A DNA stretch of 42,388 bases from positions 1-42,388 of the forward strand of contig MGSF01000076.1 in assembly GCA_001798715.1 (NCBI GenBank), read 5' to 3'. This DNA comes from Deltaproteobacteria bacterium RIFCSPLOWO2_02_FULL_50_16. Its GTDB lineage: Bacteria > UBA10199 > 2-02-FULL-50-16. Position 1 is the first letter of the stretch, and every line of letters starts with the position of its first letter. The notes under the pieces are model-generated. The model had not been told where the DNA came from. It saw only the letters and a list, made by a program, of their open reading frames with translations, and searched no databases. The position numbers and the translations under genes were made by a program. Positions 17,627-27,233 of the stretch are shown here, one piece after another.

Positions 17627-17760
17627 TCTCAGGACATCTTTAAGGAGACCTTTTCAGAACTCTTGGAATCGGCCTTGTCCCTCCTTTGTCGGGACCGCGA
17701 AAGGAAGATTTGATTGTATTTTTCACCTCCGGTGAAAGGCTGGCCGGAAGTAGCAACCCC

Positions 17761-19905
17761 TTAGAACTTGATGAGTTCGAGGCGGGCATGTTCCAATGAA
17801 AGGGTCTTCACTCGACCATCCGTAAAATAGACCGTCACCTTTTGATGGGGAGCCTTTCCCTGTTTTCTCCTCACAATTCCCATCCCGAAGGTCGGATGAC
17901 ACACTTGAGAGCCGATACGTAATGAAGATCGTTCTTCCAAAGGACGTTGGTCAAAATCAATATCAAAGGCCTCTTTTTTCTCCATTGACCGACTCCCGAC
18001 ACATTCCAAATAATCTTGAGGAATCTCTTCCAAAAAACGGGAGGGGAGATTGTATTGTTCACCTCCGTAAAGACGTCTTTTATGAGCCCTGGTAAAAAAA
18101 AGTCGCTCCTTGGCCCGTGTCATGCCGACATAGCAAAGACGCCTTTCTTCCTCTAGCTCACCGTCATTCCCCAAAGAGCGGGAGTGCGGAAATAGTCCCT
18201 CTTCCATCCCCCCCATAAAAACAACCGGAAACTCCAGGCCCTTAGCCAAGTGAATCGTCATCAGGGACACAACACCCCCCGACCGATCGATCTCATCGGA
18301 GTCCTGAACCAATGAGACCTGGTCTATAAATCGTTCCAAAGTGGGCTCTTCCTCACGACTTTCATAATCGCTGATGACATTTAAGAGTTCGTCCAAATTT
18401 TCCAGACGACTCTCCGCCTCCAAGGTCTTTTGTTGTTTCAGATCATCAATATAACCCGACTCTTCCATGACTGACTTGACAAAAAGGGTCACGCGGGAAC
18501 CGCTATACTGTTTTTTTAGCCTTTCCATCATTTTAAAAAAATCCAAGACCTTCTTTTTCAATCCCTGATTTAACCCTGCGATTTGATCGGCTCGACCCAT
18601 CACTTCATACAAAGAAAGATTTTGTTGGCTGGCATAATCTTCCAAGACGCCTATCGTCTTGTCTCCAATGCCGCGTGCAGAAACGTTAATAATCCTTTTG
18701 AGATTAATGGAGTCGCAAGGATTAATAATAACCCGAAGGTAGGCCATGACATCCTTGATTTCACGACGCTCATAGAATTTGACCCCACCATAAATAGCGT
18801 AGGGGATATTGTGTTTCCTTAATTCATCCTCAAAATTCCTGGATTGGGCGTTTGTCCTATAAAAAATGGCAAAATCAGACAACTTTCGCCCCTCCAAAAC
18901 CTTAAGCTCCTGTACCTGTTGAACAATAAAACGGGCCTCATCCCAATCATCATTGGCCTCATAAAGGACTGGGGCCTTCCCTTCTCCTCGATCCGTCCAT
19001 AATATCTTCCCTTTTCGATGTCTGTTGTGCTCAATCACCTTCGTGGCCGCCGAGAGAATTTTTTGGGAAGATCGATAATTCTGTTCCAGTTTTATCAGCA
19101 GGGTCCCTGAAAAATCATTCTCAAAATTTAATATGTTATTAATATTGGCCCCACGCCATCCGTAAATCGACTGATCTTCATCACCCACCACACAAATATT
19201 ATTACGAGGTTTTGACAACAGGCTGATGAATCGATATTGAGCCTGATTGGTGTCTTGATATTCATCCACCATAATATAGCGAAAAAGATCCCGATAAGAT
19301 TCCAATACCAGAGGATGTTCTTCAAAAAGCTGGACGGTCTTGACCAAAAGGTCGCCAAAATCAAGGGCATTATTCTCAAGAAGTTTCTTTTGATAAAGCT
19401 GATAAAGACCCGCAATAATCTCCTCAAAGGTGTCCTGGGCATGATGAGAATATTTTTCCGGCATGACAAGGGAATTTTTAGCGGCATCGATGCGCGAAAG
19501 TGCCGCCTGGGGTTTGATCACACGATCTGTTATCTTTTTTTCCTCCAGACATCGTTTCATCAAACTTGTTTGATCCATGGTGTCATAAATGACAAAATCA
19601 TTTGAATAACCTATCTTCTCAATGTGTTTTCGTAATAGGCGAAGGCAGGTGGAATGAAATGTGCTCACCCAAATGGAACGGCTCTGTTGATTGAGGATGC
19701 CTTCTATGCGATGCCGCATTTCTTCCGCGGCCTTGTTGGTGAATGTCACCGCCAAAATATTCCAGGGCGGTACCCCCCGATGAATCAAATGGGCCACACG
19801 GGCAGTAATCACCCTCGTCTTTCCACTCCCTGCCCCTGCCAGGATCAGAAGAGGCCCTTCACAATGTTCCACGGCCCGCTTTTGTTCGGGATTTAAATTG
19901 AGCAC
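17761..19905 (-). CDS. uvrD: ATP-dependent DNA helicase UvrD/PcrA
   Basis: Motifs AGAGSGKT, TFTNKAA, VDEYQDTN, VGDEDQSIYGWRGA, LEQNYRS, HLAKGLEF, EEERRLCYVGMTRA. Confidence 0.95.
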   Translation of the reverse strand: MLNLNPEQKRAVEHCEGPLLILAGAGSGKTRVITARVAHLIHRGVPPWNILAVTFTNKAAEEMRHRIEGILNQQSRSIWVSTFHSTCLRLLRKHIEKIGYSNDFVIYDTMDQTSLMKRCLEEKKITDRVIKPQAALSRIDAAKNSLVMPEKYSHHAQDTFEEIIAGLYQLYQKKLLENNALDFGDLLVKTVQLFEEHPLVLESYRDLFRYIMVDEYQDTNQAQYRFISLLSKPRNNICVVGDEDQSIYGWRGANINNILNFENDFSGTLLIKLEQNYRSSQKILSAATKVIEHNRHRKGKILWTDRGEGKAPVLYEANDDWDEARFIVQQVQELKVLEGRKLSDFAIFYRTNAQSRNFEDELRKHNIPYAIYGGVKFYERREIKDVMAYLRVIINPCDSINLKRIINVSARGIGDKTIGVLEDYASQQNLSLYEVMGRADQIAGLNQGLKKKVLDFFKMMERLKKQYSGSRVTLFVKSVMEESGYIDDLKQQKTLEAESRLENLDELLNVISDYESREEEPTLERFIDQVSLVQDSDEIDRSGGVVSLMTIHLAKGLEFPVVFMGGMEEGLFPHSRSLGNDGELEEERRLCYVGMTRAKERLFFTRAHKRRLYGGEQYNLPSRFLEEIPQDYLECVGSRSMEKKEAFDIDFDQRPLEERSSLRIGSQVCHPTFGMGIVRRKQGKAPHQKVTVYFTDGRVKTLSLEHARLELIKF

Positions 19906-19923
19906 AGGACAATCCCTTCCTTT

Positions 19924-21756
19924 TTACTCCACAGTCACACTCTTGGCCAGATTACGAGGCTGATCCACGTCCGTCCCTTTGTAATCGGCCATATAATAAG
20001 CCATCAACTGAATCGGGATGGAGAAAAGAAGCGGGGATAAAAACCACTGTGTCTTGGGGATAAAGATCGTCTCCTTGGCTATCTTGGGAATCAATTTGTC
20101 GCCCTGAGTGGCCAAGGCAATGAGATCGGCCCCTCGCGTTTGGACTTCCTCAATATTGCTATAAGTCTTGTCATAATGTTCATCCTGAGGAATGAGGACC
20201 ACAACAGGAACCCCCTCATCAATCAGGGCAATGGGACCGTGCTTCAATTCTCCAGCGGCGTACCCTTCCGCGTGAATATAGGAGATCTCCTTCAATTTTA
20301 GGGCCCCCTCCAAGGCAATCGGCGCATTGATACCGCGGGCAAAATACAGGAGACTCGGGCAGTGGGCATATTTTCTGGCAATCCTCTGATAGACGGCATC
20401 GGGCCTAAGGATCTTTTTCATTTGACTGGGGATCTTGGACAAAGACTCGATGGCACTGATCACATCCTTACGGTTTAAGTTTTTCGTAAGATCTCCCAAA
20501 AACAGGGAAAAGAGAGAGAGGACCACCAATTGGGCCGTAAAGGCCTTGGTCGAGGCCACCCCGATCTCCGGACCCGCATGGGTATAAAGGGTGGCCTCCG
20601 AGATCCGCGGGATACTGGAATCCATGACATTGCAAATGGAGACGATCTTGGCCTTTTTCTGGCGCGCCATCTGGACAACCGCCAAGGTATCCGCCGTCTC
20701 TCCAGACTGGGAGATGACAACCATCAAACACCTGGAATCTAGCACGGGTTGACGATAGCGAAATTCTGAGGCCAAATCGACAATCACGGGAATCCTGGCC
20801 ATGGACTCCATCATATACTTCCCCACCATTCCGGCATGGTAGGATGTGCCACAGGCCACGATATAAATCCTCTCAAAGGGATTTTTCTTACGAGGAAAGA
20901 GAGGCTCCAATTCCGGCAAATCAATGCGCTGGTGCCCATTTCCCAATCGTCCGCTCAAGGTGTTTTGAACAGCCATGGGTTGTTCATAGATCTCTTTGAG
21001 CATAAAATGCCTAAACCCGTCTTTTTCCGTTGTTGCCAAGGACCATTGGATCGTCTTGAGAGATCGCCGGATCGGCTGGCCTTTTAGATTAAAAATGCGA
21101 ATATTGTCTTTTTCCAGAAAACCCCATTCCTGATCCTCTAGGATCAAAATGGTGCGCGTCTGATTCAAAATCGCGGGAATATCGGAGGCGACAAAATTCT
21201 CCCCCTGTCCCTTTCCGACAACCAAGGGACTCGCGTTTTTTGCCACGTAGATACGATGGGGCTCTTTTTCGTAAAGAACAGCCAGGGCATAGGAACCCCT
21301 GACCTGACACAGGGCCTTTGGAAAGGCCTTCTCCATTTTTAAACCCTGATCCAAATACATCTGGATCAAGTGGCAAATGATCTCCGAATCCGTCTCAGAC
21401 TTGCAAACATATCCCTTTTTCTTCAATATCGGGACCAAGACACGATAATTTTCGATGATGCCGTTATGAACGACGGTGATATCCTTAGAATGGTGGGGAT
21501 GGGCATTGAGCTCTGAGGGGCGTCCGTGGGTGGCCCAGCGCGTGTGACCAATCCCAATAGTCCCTTTAAGACGCAGTTTGTTGAGGATTTTTTGCAGATC
21601 CGCAATCTTTCCCTTGACCTTTTGTATCTGAACGATTCCATTATCGATGATGGCCACCCCTGCCGAGTCATAACCCCGATACTCCAAGCGACGCAGCCCC
21701 TCGATGAGGATCTCTGAGGCTTCTTGCCCACCCACACATCCGATAATGCCACACAT
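19924..21756 (-). CDS. glmS: Glutamine--fructose-6-phosphate transaminase
   Basis: N-terminal MCGIIG, LEYRGYDSAG, GHTRWATHG, SQSGETADT, C-terminal PRNLAKSVTVE. Confidence 0.97.
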   Translation of the reverse strand: MCGIIGCVGGQEASEILIEGLRRLEYRGYDSAGVAIIDNGIVQIQKVKGKIADLQKILNKLRLKGTIGIGHTRWATHGRPSELNAHPHHSKDITVVHNGIIENYRVLVPILKKKGYVCKSETDSEIICHLIQMYLDQGLKMEKAFPKALCQVRGSYALAVLYEKEPHRIYVAKNASPLVVGKGQGENFVASDIPAILNQTRTILILEDQEWGFLEKDNIRIFNLKGQPIRRSLKTIQWSLATTEKDGFRHFMLKEIYEQPMAVQNTLSGRLGNGHQRIDLPELEPLFPRKKNPFERIYIVACGTSYHAGMVGKYMMESMARIPVIVDLASEFRYRQPVLDSRCLMVVISQSGETADTLAVVQMARQKKAKIVSICNVMDSSIPRISEATLYTHAGPEIGVASTKAFTAQLVVLSLFSLFLGDLTKNLNRKDVISAIESLSKIPSQMKKILRPDAVYQRIARKYAHCPSLLYFARGINAPIALEGALKLKEISYIHAEGYAAGELKHGPIALIDEGVPVVVLIPQDEHYDKTYSNIEEVQTRGADLIALATQGDKLIPKIAKETIFIPKTQWFLSPLLFSIPIQLMAYYMADYKGTDVDQPRNLAKSVTVE

Positions 21757-21760
21757 GGAC

Positions 21761-23149
21761 TCAACTCCTTTGGCGCCGGATCCAGCCACGGATCACCTTT
21801 TGATCAACACGTGAGAGGGCCAGGGACCCAGCCGGGACATTTTTTGTGATGGTGGATCCCGCCCCGATATAGGCCTGCCTTCCTATAGTCACAGGGGCCA
21901 CAAACTGGGTATCGCTTCCGACAAAGACATCGGGGCCTAGTATTGTCCTGTGTTTTTTTTGCCCGTCATAATTACAGGTAATGGTCCCAGCACCTATATT
22001 AGAGCGCTCTCCAATAACGGCATCTCCCAAATAGGAAAGATGATTGGCCTTGGCCTTTTTACGAATCCTGGTTTTTTTCAGTTCAACAAAATTTCCAATA
22101 TGGACCTCGGCTTCCACAACGGACAATGGCCGCAGATGGGCAAAGGGACCAATATGGGCCCTAGAGGCAATACGACTTTCCTCAATCACACAATAGGGCT
22201 GAATAGAAACATCCCTGCCCAAGACAGAATCCACAATCACCGAACCCTGATCAATGATCGTCCCCGATCCAATCCGCGTCTTTCCCCTCAATGAGACCTG
22301 AGGCCCAATGACGACATCCGAGGATAACTGAACCCCACTCTCCAGCTGAGTGGAGGCCCCATCTATAAAAGTCACCCCCTTCATCATCCACTCCTCCTTC
22401 ATCCTTTGCTGCATCCAATGACCTGCCTCCGCCAACTCCTTGAGGGAATTAATCCCCTGAACCTCCCTAGAATCCCCCCAATGAAAAACCCCGACACCCT
22501 CTCCCTCTTCAAGGGCCATCGCGATCAAATCCGTCAAATAATATTCCTTTTTAATCTTATTTTTTTTGATGTGAGAAATCCTTGAAAAAAGATAAGAAGC
22601 CTTAGCCACCATAATACCCGAGTAGATCTCGCCTATCTTTTTTTGATCGGGCTTAAGATCCCTTTCTTCCACGATTCCCATAAGCGACCCATCCTGGAGG
22701 CGAATGAGTCGCCCATATCCTGTGGGATTCTGAACCGTCGTCGAGAGCAAGGTCATCGCATTTCCCTCTTGGCGATGGAGAGAAAGCAGGGTCCGCACTG
22801 TCTCAACCCTCACCATGGGAACATCCCCATAAAGAATAAGGATATCTCCTAAAAAATGTTTAAGAAAAGGGGTAGCCTGTCTCACGGCATGAGCCGTTCC
22901 GAGTTGGGGTTTTTGTTCTACACATTGAATATTCTTTGAATTTTTGACCTTGGAGACCACCTCATCTTCCACCTGCTTATGGCCATATCCCAAGACAACG
23001 ACAATCTTCTTGGATTGGAGCCTCATGGCCACTCGAAGGGGATAGTGGAGCATTGGCTCGCCAGCAATACGATGAAGGACCTTGGGTCGGCGAGAGGCCA
23101 TGCGAGTCCCCTTGCCCGCCGCCAAAATAATTGTCGATAAAGACACCAT
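21761..23149 (-). CDS. glmU: Bifunctional UDP-GlcNAc pyrophosphorylase/glucosamine-1-phosphate acetyltransferase
   Basis: Motifs LAAGKGTRM, QLGTAHA, YGDVP, GPFAHLRP, HLSYLGD, TCNYDG. Confidence 0.97.
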   Translation of the reverse strand: MVSLSTIILAAGKGTRMASRRPKVLHRIAGEPMLHYPLRVAMRLQSKKIVVVLGYGHKQVEDEVVSKVKNSKNIQCVEQKPQLGTAHAVRQATPFLKHFLGDILILYGDVPMVRVETVRTLLSLHRQEGNAMTLLSTTVQNPTGYGRLIRLQDGSLMGIVEERDLKPDQKKIGEIYSGIMVAKASYLFSRISHIKKNKIKKEYYLTDLIAMALEEGEGVGVFHWGDSREVQGINSLKELAEAGHWMQQRMKEEWMMKGVTFIDGASTQLESGVQLSSDVVIGPQVSLRGKTRIGSGTIIDQGSVIVDSVLGRDVSIQPYCVIEESRIASRAHIGPFAHLRPLSVVEAEVHIGNFVELKKTRIRKKAKANHLSYLGDAVIGERSNIGAGTITCNYDGQKKHRTILGPDVFVGSDTQFVAPVTIGRQAYIGAGSTITKNVPAGSLALSRVDQKVIRGWIRRQRS

Positions 23150-23209
23150 AAAAAAGATGGCTGCTTATACTTGAAATGGGGGGGTGGGGTCAAGTAGACT
23201 ACACACCTT

Positions 23210-23920
23210 ATGACAAATCCCTTATCTCTTGGATGGATGATGATCGCACTTTTTTTTCTTCAATCGTGTTCCCATATCGCCCAAAATTTTCCCTCCTATC
23301 CCGTAAATCAGGAAAATATTGATGATCTCCTCAAAGCCACCACGGACGCTTATCACCTGGCCGAAAAGGTCAAGGCCCGTGGCGATCAAATGTTGGTCGC
23401 CAAAAAAGGGATGCGCTATGCCGATCTCTGCCTCCAAAAAAATAAGTCCCTGCCCGACTGTCATTACTATAAGGCCTTAAACACGGGCCTTTATTATGAG
23501 GCCCGCGTCGTGGGCTATCACAAGGGTCTCAAGATTATCGTGGAGGAGGCCCAAAAGGTAATCGATCTGGATCCTTCGTACGATTATGGTGGAGGCTACC
23601 GAGTTCTTGGGCGCTTGTATGCCAAAATACCGGCCTTTGCCGTCGGCAAAACAGCTGTCAGAAGGGATCTTGACAAATCGATTGATTATCTCCAAAAGGC
23701 CATCACGATCGCGCCTCATTATCCGGAAAATTATCTCTTCCTCGCGGATTCCCTCTATGAATCCAACAGACTGAAAGAGGCCTTAAAAATCCTTCACCAA
23801 ATGTGGTCCCATCCCCTCCAACCAGAATGGAGACCCATGATGTCCCAATGGAGGAGGGAGGGAGACAGGCTCTTAAAGGCCATCCACAAATCCATCCCTC
23901 TCCCTATTATAGTTTATTAA
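23210..23920 (+). CDS. TPR-like lipoprotein
   Basis: Lipobox-like LQSC after a hydrophobic stretch; helical repeats (GYRVLGRLY, YLQKAITIAP, YLFLADSL). Confidence 0.75.
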   Translation: MTNPLSLGWMMIALFFLQSCSHIAQNFPSYPVNQENIDDLLKATTDAYHLAEKVKARGDQMLVAKKGMRYADLCLQKNKSLPDCHYYKALNTGLYYEARVVGYHKGLKIIVEEAQKVIDLDPSYDYGGGYRVLGRLYAKIPAFAVGKTAVRRDLDKSIDYLQKAITIAPHYPENYLFLADSLYESNRLKEALKILHQMWSHPLQPEWRPMMSQWRREGDRLLKAIHKSIPLPIIVY

Positions 23921-23993
23921 GGTAGGGATGGCCCCTTACCTTTATGAATATAATGAGGAGAGGGGCTAAAGAAAAAAGTGAGGACAATTCATC

Positions 23994-24022
23994 TTGACGC
24001 CCCCCCTTCTTTTCTCTATAAA
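23994..24022 (+). promoter_or_regulatory. Putative sigma70 promoter of ssb
   Basis: TTGACG-N17-TATAAA. Confidence 0.6.
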
Positions 24023-24054
24023 GTCAAACCTCGAAGGGAAAAAACCATCACAAT

Positions 24055-24492
24055 ATGGCTGGAATCAATAAAGCTATTCTCATTGGGCATCTAGGCGCTG
24101 ACCCGGAGGTGCGTTATACACAGAGTGGGCAGTGTGTCTGCAATTTTAATATCGCCACATCAGAGCGTTGGAAGGACAAAGAAGGAAATCAACAAGACCG
24201 TACCGAATGGCATCGTATCGTTGTCTGGGGCAAACTAGGCGAGCTTTGTAAAGAATACCTCTCCAAGGGCCGGCAGGCCTTCATTGAAGGCCGCATCCAA
24301 ACCCGTCAGTGGGAAGATAAAGAAGGCAATAAGCGTTATACAACTGAAATCGTGGCACAAAATGTCCAGTTTTTAGGCGGCCCCGGACAGTCGGCGGCTT
24401 CTCAAGGGATTTCCCAAGGAGCCCCTCAAGCCACCCCTGCCGAAACACCCCTCCCTGACACCCTCGCAGGAGATGATGATATCCCCTTCTAA
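24055..24492 (+). CDS. ssb: Single-stranded DNA-binding protein
   Basis: Motifs [22 protein letters not shown]-terminal DDIPF. Confidence 0.98.
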   Translation: MAGINKAILIGHLGADPEVRYTQSGQCVCNFNIATSERWKDKEGNQQDRTEWHRIVVWGKLGELCKEYLSKGRQAFIEGRIQTRQWEDKEGNKRYTTEIVAQNVQFLGGPGQSAASQGISQGAPQATPAETPLPDTLAGDDDIPF

Positions 24493-24547
24493 CCCGTGAT
24501 TGCGCCATGGCGCGAAACAAAGCAGATAGGCCTTTGTCAACAACCTG

Positions 24548-25603
24548 CTAACGAGACATCAAACGCCCGTGGCCTTCGAGAATCATTGCCTCCGTATCCT
24601 TCCAACCCAAACATTGGTCGGTCACAGAAACACCGTATTTGAGCTGACTGAGATCTTGGGGGATCTTTTGACTTCCCTCTTCCAAATAACTCTCCACCAT
24701 AATGCCCACAATGCTCTTATTACCCGCCAAGATCTGATCGATACAGGATTTAAAGACCTGGGGTTGCTTTTTGTGGTCCTTGCCTGAATTGCCATGACTG
24801 CAATCCACCATGATCCTCTTCTCAAGATTCGCCTTGACCAGGGCCTCCTCACATTCCTTGATGTCCCGAGGATTATAATTGGGCCCATTGTCCGCGCCTC
24901 TTAAAACAACGTGACTATGAGGATTGCCCTTCGTCATAAAGACTGAAATCTGCCCCTCTTTATTAATACCCAAAAAATGATGGGGCGTGAGAGAAGACTG
25001 CATCGCATTGATGGCCACCTGGATATTGCCGTCCGTTCCATTTTTGAAACCCACGGGCATGGAGAGACCGCTGGCCATTTCACGATGGGTCTGGGACTCC
25101 GTCGTCCTGGCCCCGATGGCGGCCCATGAAATCAGGTCGGACAAATACTGGGGTGTAATGGGATCCAAGGCCTCCGTGGCCGTCGCCAGCCCTATCTGGG
25201 TGATGTCGAGCAAAAGCCTGCGGGCCATCTTGAGTCCCTCTTCAATATGAAAGGAATCATCCATGCGAGGGTCGTTGATCAGTCCCTTCCAACCCACGGT
25301 CGTCCTGGGTTTTTCAAAATAGACACGCATCAAAACAAACATCGTCTGATCCACCTTCTGAGAAAGGGCCTTCAATTTTTTCGCATAATCTATGGCCTCC
25401 TTGATATCATGAATAGAACAAGGCCCGACAACGATAAAGAACCTTGGGTCCTGACCGGCCAAGATGCGGCGGATGGTCTCGCGTCCCTGTAGGACAGTCT
25501 TGAGGCTTGCGTCAGAGGCCGGAAGTAGATTTTGGATCTCTTCCGGGGTGGGGAGGAGATAGCTTCCCTTGACATTGATATTAACAAGCTTTTTAAAATC
25601 CAT
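24548..25603 (-). CDS. aroG: 3-deoxy-7-phosphoheptulonate (DAHP) synthase, class I alpha
   Basis: Motifs VGPCSIHD, FEKPRTTVGWKG, IGARTTESQTHR, DCSHGNS, YGVSVTD. Start and isoenzyme specificity uncertain. Confidence 0.92.
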   Translation of the reverse strand: MDFKKLVNINVKGSYLLPTPEEIQNLLPASDASLKTVLQGRETIRRILAGQDPRFFIVVGPCSIHDIKEAIDYAKKLKALSQKVDQTMFVLMRVYFEKPRTTVGWKGLINDPRMDDSFHIEEGLKMARRLLLDITQIGLATATEALDPITPQYLSDLISWAAIGARTTESQTHREMASGLSMPVGFKNGTDGNIQVAINAMQSSLTPHHFLGINKEGQISVFMTKGNPHSHVVLRGADNGPNYNPRDIKECEEALVKANLEKRIMVDCSHGNSGKDHKKQPQVFKSCIDQILAGNKSIVGIMVESYLEEGSQKIPQDLSQLKYGVSVTDQCLGWKDTEAMILEGHGRLMSR

Positions 25604-25685
25604 GGGTCCCTGACTTACCATATCGCTAGGATTTTCAGCAACATTTTTCAAGCCTTGACGATAAGGCCTTCGCAAAATCATGGCG

Positions 25686-25737
25686 GGCGTCTGTTGAGCT
25701 CCTGTTGCCTTGCGTAACAGGAGCGATTACAGGCGCC
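25686..25737. repeat. Long intergenic hairpin related to the tRNA-spacer hairpin family
   Basis: GGCGTCTGT-TGA-GCTCCTGTT...AACAGGAGC-GATT-ACAGGCGCC has the same CTGT-T...TT-ACAG architecture as 22-68. Confidence 0.6.
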
Positions 25738-25750
25738 AGTCCTAAATACG

Positions 25751-25777
25751 AAGTCTTTAGGGCAGGGGTAACGATAA
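25751..25777 (+). promoter_or_regulatory. Putative sigma28 (FliA)-like promoter
   Basis: AAGTCTTT-N11-AACGATAA vs consensus TAAAGTTT-N11-GCCGATAA. The same CTTT-N11-AACGATAA occurs at 31439-31461. Confidence 0.5.
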
Positions 25778-25787
25778 TTGGGATGGC

Positions 25788-27233
25788 ATGGCACCTATCA
25801 ATGGTTCAGGTATTTCTACAGGACATCCAGAGACAAGATGGTCCCGAGAGGATTTAAGATCACGACCGGGGCGTTTTGATTCCATCAGATCCTCCGGTCG
25901 CAGACCACGAGAGGTCCGCTCCCTCCGAGGTACTTCTCACGTCTCATCCTCTTCACCAGTGGATGACGTCTATACCGGAACCGGGGCTCCTTTATCGCCC
26001 CGTCTTCCCCTACGGGCCATGGGGGCAGAAGTCCCCTTGATTCGACAGGGTCCTGGGCAACCCTTCTCCCTTGGCGGCGACTTGCCACCCGAATTGCCGA
26101 GTTTTACCCAAAGGGCCGATTGGCGCTGGTGGCGAGAATGGCCCGTCACAGAGGAGGTCAATCGTGAGATAGCCTCTGTGTGGAGCCAAGATATCCCCTT
26201 AGAAGATAGGGTCCGCCAATCCTCTCAAGCCCTCCTCCGCTGGCGGGTGGCCACGATGACAAACAGAGACGCCCAATTTGACGCCGAGCACTTGGTCACT
26301 ATCCAACCTTTTTTTTCAAAGGTCCTGGGTATCAACGTACGCAGTTCTCTGGAAATGGAATTCGCCCTCAACCGCCTCCTCTCCATCCTTCCTCGCTCAG
26401 TAGATAGCCCCTCGATTCCCAGTCGCGAAATAACACTCGGCCAATTTGCCAGGATGGCACGCATCGCCCATCGGGACCATGGAGTCCCTCGAAGGGATCT
26501 CCGCGAGGCCTTTCATCTCTTATCCGCCTTTCGGCAACTCTACATGGGGACATGGGGGGCCTACAGTGGCCGTAGCGGTGAGATCTGGGTCAATCCCCCC
26601 ATGAGGGTTGTGCCTCATGGGATCGGGACGGCGGCCATCCTGGCCCACGAATTGGGGGGACACATGGCGACTAATGGAGGGGCCTCAGGTCCCGTTGCTC
26701 GTGCCTTTCATTGGGCCGCCATGAATCCAGTCACTCACCTCCTCGATCCCTTGACCCCCGTCACCGAGAGGGTCTTAACCGTCCTGGCAGAAAGTGAGGC
26801 CATCGGGGCCGAATGGGAATATTTATCCCGCATCCCCGAAGACGGCCGTACGACACTCAAGCGCAGTATCGAAGAACAACTAGGGGAACACAGAGACCTC
26901 CTTCGCATCCCCAGGGATCGATTGAGACAAGAGTTGAGATCCAGATTCAAAGGCGATGAGGACCTCCTTTTTCATGGAAGCCATGTGACCGCCTACCACA
27001 GTCTGGAGATCGCCGGCCTCCCCAAACCAGAGTTTATCAGACGAGAGCGTCACAATATCGGATACGCCCCCTCCCAGCAAATCTTAAAACCCATCCAAAG
27101 GAGTTGGAGGTGGGCCCGACATGAAGAATATTACAGAGACTTTATAGCCGAAAGGGCCCTGTATGTCGCCAAACTGGGTCTTTATGGGGCCCTCACGTAT
27201 CTCGGATATCAGTGGCTGGCCTCCGACGATTGA
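25788..27233 (+). CDS. Orphan protein with disordered N-terminus, zincin-like AHELGGH motif and C-terminal hydrophobic helix
   Basis: 481-aa ORF; ILAHELGGHM followed by a distal AESEAIG glutamate; C-terminal ALYVAKLGLYGALTYLGYQWL. Confidence 0.75.
   Translation: MAPINGSGISTGHPETRWSREDLRSRPGRFDSIRSSGRRPREVRSLRGTSHVSSSSPVDDVYTGTGAPLSPRLPLRAMGAEVPLIRQGPGQPFSLGGDLPPELPSFTQRADWRWWREWPVTEEVNREIASVWSQDIPLEDRVRQSSQALLRWRVATMTNRDAQFDAEHLVTIQPFFSKVLGINVRSSLEMEFALNRLLSILPRSVDSPSIPSREITLGQFARMARIAHRDHGVPRRDLREAFHLLSAFRQLYMGTWGAYSGRSGEIWVNPPMRVVPHGIGTAAILAHELGGHMATNGGASGPVARAFHWAAMNPVTHLLDPLTPVTERVLTVLAESEAIGAEWEYLSRIPEDGRTTLKRSIEEQLGEHRDLLRIPRDRLRQELRSRFKGDEDLLFHGSHVTAYHSLEIAGLPKPEFIRRERHNIGYAPSQQILKPIQRSWRWARHEEYYRDFIAERALYVAKLGLYGALTYLGYQWLASDD

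Noticed and set aside
21757-21800. glmS ribozyme
   Set aside because: glmS starts 4 nt after the glmU stop, leaving no leader to hold it.
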